Source: Candidatus Hermodarchaeota archaeon (GTDB taxonomy: Archaea > Asgardarchaeota > Lokiarchaeia > Sigyniarchaeales > SOKP01). Taken from it: 64,000 nucleotides of DNA. Position 1 is the stretch's first letter, and every line of letters begins with the position of its first letter. The position numbers were made by a program, and so were the translations under genes. Below, in pieces: positions 60,842-64,000 of the stretch. Below the pieces are notes generated by a model. That model saw nothing but the letters and a program-made list of their open reading frames with translations. It was not told where the DNA came from and searched no databases. The DNA is taken from assembly GCA_048885925.1 (NCBI GenBank), contig JBHLLG010000001.1, forward strand, positions 131,105 to 195,104, read 5' to 3'.

Positions 60842-61573
60842 TTAATAAGAATTACTCAAGACTTGATTTAATAAAGCAATATCATCAGTTATAATTCCAT
60901 CAACACCTAATGCTACTAATTTTCTCATAATTCTTTGTTCATTAATCGTCCAAGGAAAGACTTTTAAGTTTTTTTGATGAGCATAAGAAATAAATTGGGC
61001 GTCAACCAGATGATATTCGGGATTTATGGCATAGAATTTATTATTTATCGCCTTATCGATTAATTTCCTTCGAACATCCCATTTAATAAGTCCATCAGAA
61101 TGCAAATTCTCTAGTGCTGCTAGCTTTAAGTTTGGTTCTAAGTCTCTAAATTTAAACAGATATCTATGCACCATACAAGAAATAATTGTAGTATCAATAT
61201 AATTATATTCTTTCAAAAGATTTATTATTTTGTCCTCCATATTAGCAGCAGCAATGTGAAGTAATAAATTGATCTTATTATTTGCAAATTCGATGATTTC
61301 TCGAAAGGTTGGAATTCTTTCTCCCTCTCCAACATCTAATTTTTTTAGTTCTTTCAAAGTTTTGTTTTTTACTAATCCAGGTTCTGCTGTGATATTAAAG
61401 GTGTCTGGATCATGAAAGATAATAACTTCATTATCTTTAGACATTCTTAAATCAAGTTCGATGTAATCAGCTTTTAGTTCTAATGCCTTATTAAAAGCTT
61501 TAAGAGTATTTTCTGGTCCTGTTTTCTTCCCACCCGCATGTCCAATTATCAAAATTTCATTGTTATCATTCAT
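60842..61573 (-). CDS. Glycerophosphodiester phosphodiesterase-family protein with divergent active site
   Basis: PENTL, ELD, HD, WTIN, GVDGIITD; but GHAG for GHRG and LHIAA for xEIK. Confidence 0.82.
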   Translation of the reverse strand: MNDNNEILIIGHAGGKKTGPENTLKAFNKALELKADYIELDLRMSKDNEVIIFHDPDTFNITAEPGLVKNKTLKELKKLDVGEGERIPTFREIIEFANNKINLLLHIAAANMEDKIINLLKEYNYIDTTIISCMVHRYLFKFRDLEPNLKLAALENLHSDGLIKWDVRRKLIDKAINNKFYAINPEYHLVDAQFISYAHQKNLKVFPWTINEQRIMRKLVALGVDGIITDDIALLNQVLSNSY

Positions 61574-61596
61574 AAGAATTTTTTGAAAGTTGTTTT

Positions 61597-62340
61597 TTAT
61601 TTCTTTTTCATCTTTTTATTGAATAATTTTTTTGCTTTTGAAATACTATTTACAATTATGCCATCAACACCAATTTCTATCATTTTTATCATTGTTCTCA
61701 TTGTGTTAATTGTATAAGTAAATACTTTCAAATTGCGTTTATGAGAATATTCAATTAAATCCTTATCTACATTCTTATGTCGAGTAACAACTATCGGAAA
61801 ATTTAAAGTTATTACATCTTGAACCATTTTTTTTCTTTTATCCCATTCGGGGATAAAATTTTCATTAAATGGTACGATAGCTGCTAATTCTAAGTGTGGT
61901 TCAATTTTCCTCACTTCTAATAACTCATCAATTAGAAAGGACTGGATTATTGTAGTATCTATTACTTCTTCATCTTTTAAAAGATTTATTACTTTTTTTG
62001 AAATGCCCTGAGCTTTTATTTCACAAAGTAATTTTATTTTTCCCTTAGCAAGCTTTATTACTTCCCATAATTCAGGAACGCATTCCCCTTCTCCAAGATC
62101 CAGTTTTTTTAATTCTTTCAATTTCATTTGGTCTATAGAGCGATTAATACCCATTCTTCTAAGTATATCAATATTATGAATTACTACAAGCGCCCCATCT
62201 TGAGATTCATGTACATCAAATTCTATATAATCAGCACCCAGTTCAATAGCTTTTTTAAATCCTTTTAAAGAATTCTCAGGAGCTTCATCGTAAGCACCCC
62301 TATGTCCAATTATAAGTGGTTTCTTTACTTGTTGGCTCAA
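61597..62340 (-). CDS. Glycerophosphodiester phosphodiesterase
   Basis: IIGHRG, PENSL, EFDV, CEIK, GVDGII. Confidence 0.88.
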   Translation of the reverse strand: MSQQVKKPLIIGHRGAYDEAPENSLKGFKKAIELGADYIEFDVHESQDGALVVIHNIDILRRMGINRSIDQMKLKELKKLDLGEGECVPELWEVIKLAKGKIKLLCEIKAQGISKKVINLLKDEEVIDTTIIQSFLIDELLEVRKIEPHLELAAIVPFNENFIPEWDKRKKMVQDVITLNFPIVVTRHKNVDKDLIEYSHKRNLKVFTYTINTMRTMIKMIEIGVDGIIVNSISKAKKLFNKKMKKK

Positions 62341-62382
62341 ATTATATTGGCTCTCTAAATTGTTGAAATTAGAACTTCAAAT

Positions 62383-63123
62383 TTATTTAATTTGCATCAA
62401 ATAATTTTTTAACATTTGAATATCATTGGTAATGATACCATCAACTCCTAATCTTACTAATTCTTCCATCCTCGATTCTGAATTAACTGTCCATGGAAAA
62501 ACTTTTAAATTACTCTGATGAGCTTTACCAATAAATTTCTTATTAATAAGAAAGTGTATTGGATTAATAGCATAAAACCTATTATATTTTGCTTTTTTAA
62601 TCATTTTCTTTCTTGAAATCCAACTGCTTATCCACCCATACTTATTTGGGTTTAAAGCAGCCAATCTTACTTTTGGTTCGATTTTTTGAATTTTATTCAA
62701 AACATCATTTTTAAAGGAACTAATTATTATTGAGTCAAGAAGATCAGCATCTCGAAAGATATCAACCAATTCCTGTTCAATTCCTCTTACTTTTACTTCA
62801 CAGTTCAATCCTATTTTTCTTTTTGTTAATTTAATTAGCTCTTCTAATGTAGGTATTTTTTCTCCCGCTCCAAAGTCTAACTCTCTTAATTGTTCAAGAG
62901 TCATACTTCTTATTGATCCAAGTTTACCAGTGATGCGAATTAAACTATTATCATGAGAAATAACTATTTTATCATCTAGAGTTTTTCTAACATCAAATTC
63001 TATTATATCTGCTCCTAATTCAATTGCTTTTTGAAATGCTTGAAGTGTGTTTTCAGGCGCAATACTACTTGCACCTCTATGAGCAATGATTAAAACATCT
63101 TTGCTTTTGAAAAAAATATTGAT
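62383..63123 (-). CDS. Glycerophosphodiester phosphodiesterase; the full frame extends 5' of the ORF-track call, start unresolved (possible 1-nt frameshift)
   Basis: In-frame upstream translation gives IIAHRGASSIAPENTLQAF..IEFDVRKTLD..ISHD, then CEVK, WTVN, GVDGIITND. Confidence 0.82.
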   Translation of the reverse strand: MNIFFKSKDVLIIAHRGASSIAPENTLQAFQKAIELGADIIEFDVRKTLDDKIVISHDNSLIRITGKLGSIRSMTLEQLRELDFGAGEKIPTLEELIKLTKRKIGLNCEVKVRGIEQELVDIFRDADLLDSIIISSFKNDVLNKIQKIEPKVRLAALNPNKYGWISSWISRKKMIKKAKYNRFYAINPIHFLINKKFIGKAHQSNLKVFPWTVNSESRMEELVRLGVDGIITNDIQMLKNYLMQIK

Positions 63124-63520
63124 TCACATCTATTAGTCTATTTTTGATTTATTAATCATTAAATTATTAGTTTTTTAAAATAATTTTTTTTTATAATATA
63201 TTAAAAACGCTGAAGAGCTATTATTTACATAATATTTATTTAATTAAATATTCTTTTTATCAAATCTGGATTCTAAATTTTTATGAAATATCTGTTTGCT
63301 ATACATAATTAAGAGTTTACTTTTTATTTTTTTTTTAATAGTAAACTAATAATTTAAACTAGAAATTTAAATACGTATTAACGTAACATTTTTGTTAGTT
63401 ATGCGTTAAATTTATAAGTTGTATTTATTTTTTATATTTCTGATACAATTACCCGTAATAAACAATAAGTTTAAATAAAAAAAATTAGAAAAACATAAAA
63501 AGTGCGTAAACAATAAAACT

Positions 63521-63778
63521 ATGATGCGTTTCTGTCCGAACTGTGATAATATTTTAATCCCCAGAGATGGAAAATTATTCTGTAAAGCATGCGAAGTAGA
63601 ATTCAAATTGGACACTTCAAATCCAGAAGACTATACAATAAAAAAGTCAATCAAGCATGATGAGAAAGAAGCTGCTCCAATAATCATCAAAGAAGGTTTA
63701 AAAGGCGAAAAAATTTCCGCTCAAGATCGCAAGGCTTACGAAGAATTTTTTGGTAGTTCTGAAATGGATAGTTTTTAA
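63521..63778 (+). CDS. RpoM/TFS (RPB9/A12/C11)-like protein with only the N-terminal zinc ribbon
   Basis: MRFCPNCDNILIP..LFCKAC; no second CxxC..CxxC ribbon. Confidence 0.72.
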   Translation: MMRFCPNCDNILIPRDGKLFCKACEVEFKLDTSNPEDYTIKKSIKHDEKEAAPIIIKEGLKGEKISAQDRKAYEEFFGSSEMDSF

Positions 63779-64000
63779 TGTTCTTATTAGGGGAGCTATA
63801 CGATAGCTCATTTATTCTTCCTATTTCTTGACTAATATTTTATTATCCAAATTTTAATTCTTAAGATTAAATCTTTAAATTGTTTGAGAAGTAATTAAAT
63901 TATAATTAGAAAAAAAATTTTAACAAATTAATACTACAAACTTTCTAAATTTGATATATATGTCAGAAGAGAAAAAAAAGTTAAAAGGTTTCGCTGGAAT

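Noticed and set aside
44456-63129. Selenocysteine or TGA recoding at the two in-frame TGA codons before the UbiA and GDPD N-termini
   Set aside because: Neither position is a Cys-equivalent catalytic site, I recognised no SECIS, and TGA is an ordinary stop elsewhere in the window (e.g. 7819, 23512, 47602).
24-63615. Many short (60-146 aa) ORFs antisense to or nested in long genes, e.g. 243-521, 29691-29993, 41519-41839, 54774-55214, 59262-59576
   Set aside because: They are shadow frames of well-supported genes and have no motifs. Similar antisense ORFs recur in the array only because the sense genes are paralogous.
1-64000. CRISPR arrays, tRNA/rRNA genes, IS elements or integrases
   Set aside because: I saw no regularly spaced repeats, no GC-rich structured RNA segments and no transposase or recombinase motifs. 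tRNAscan or Infernal would be needed to exclude small RNAs.

Overview
An AT-rich, gene-dense window with an archaeal gene repertoire. An Asgard (Lokiarchaeia-like) origin is my inference, based on an RpoM/TFS-type ribbon, an AbrB-PhoU regulator, an orphan multi-PAS kinase, a ubiquitin-like protein and a C-terminal CxxH/C4C4 zinc finger. (1) 1.8-19.8 kb: an anaerobic benzoyl-CoA degradation cluster with oah, dch, had, a bzd-type class I benzoyl-CoA reductase (NOPQ), ferredoxin BzdM, a BzdV-like oxidoreductase, and an acyl-CoA dehydrogenase with a ferredoxin-fused ETF. (2) 23.7-42.8 kb, the most striking feature: a 19 kb tandem array of five paralogous giant TPR/SNAP-like alpha-solenoid proteins with variable N-termini, a conserved core and a conserved Cys-containing linker. 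Four end in a near-identical nitrilase-superfamily domain with an intact E-K-C triad and an atypical 'CRD' nucleophile motif. The fifth has a TFIIH-p44-like RING-type zinc finger in that position. A stand-alone ubiquitin-like protein without Gly-Gly lies about 1.3 kb upstream, and a conserved palindromic leader precedes copies 1 and 2. (3) 46.5-52.6 kb: a MoxR ATPase / AAA-lid-VWA / SWIM three-gene module. (4) 52.7-63.1 kb: tandem expansions of alpha/beta-hydrolases and glycerophosphodiester phosphodiesterases, each with one degenerate-looking copy. I recognised no rRNA, tRNA, CRISPR array or transposase. All calls come from reading motifs by eye; no database search was run.
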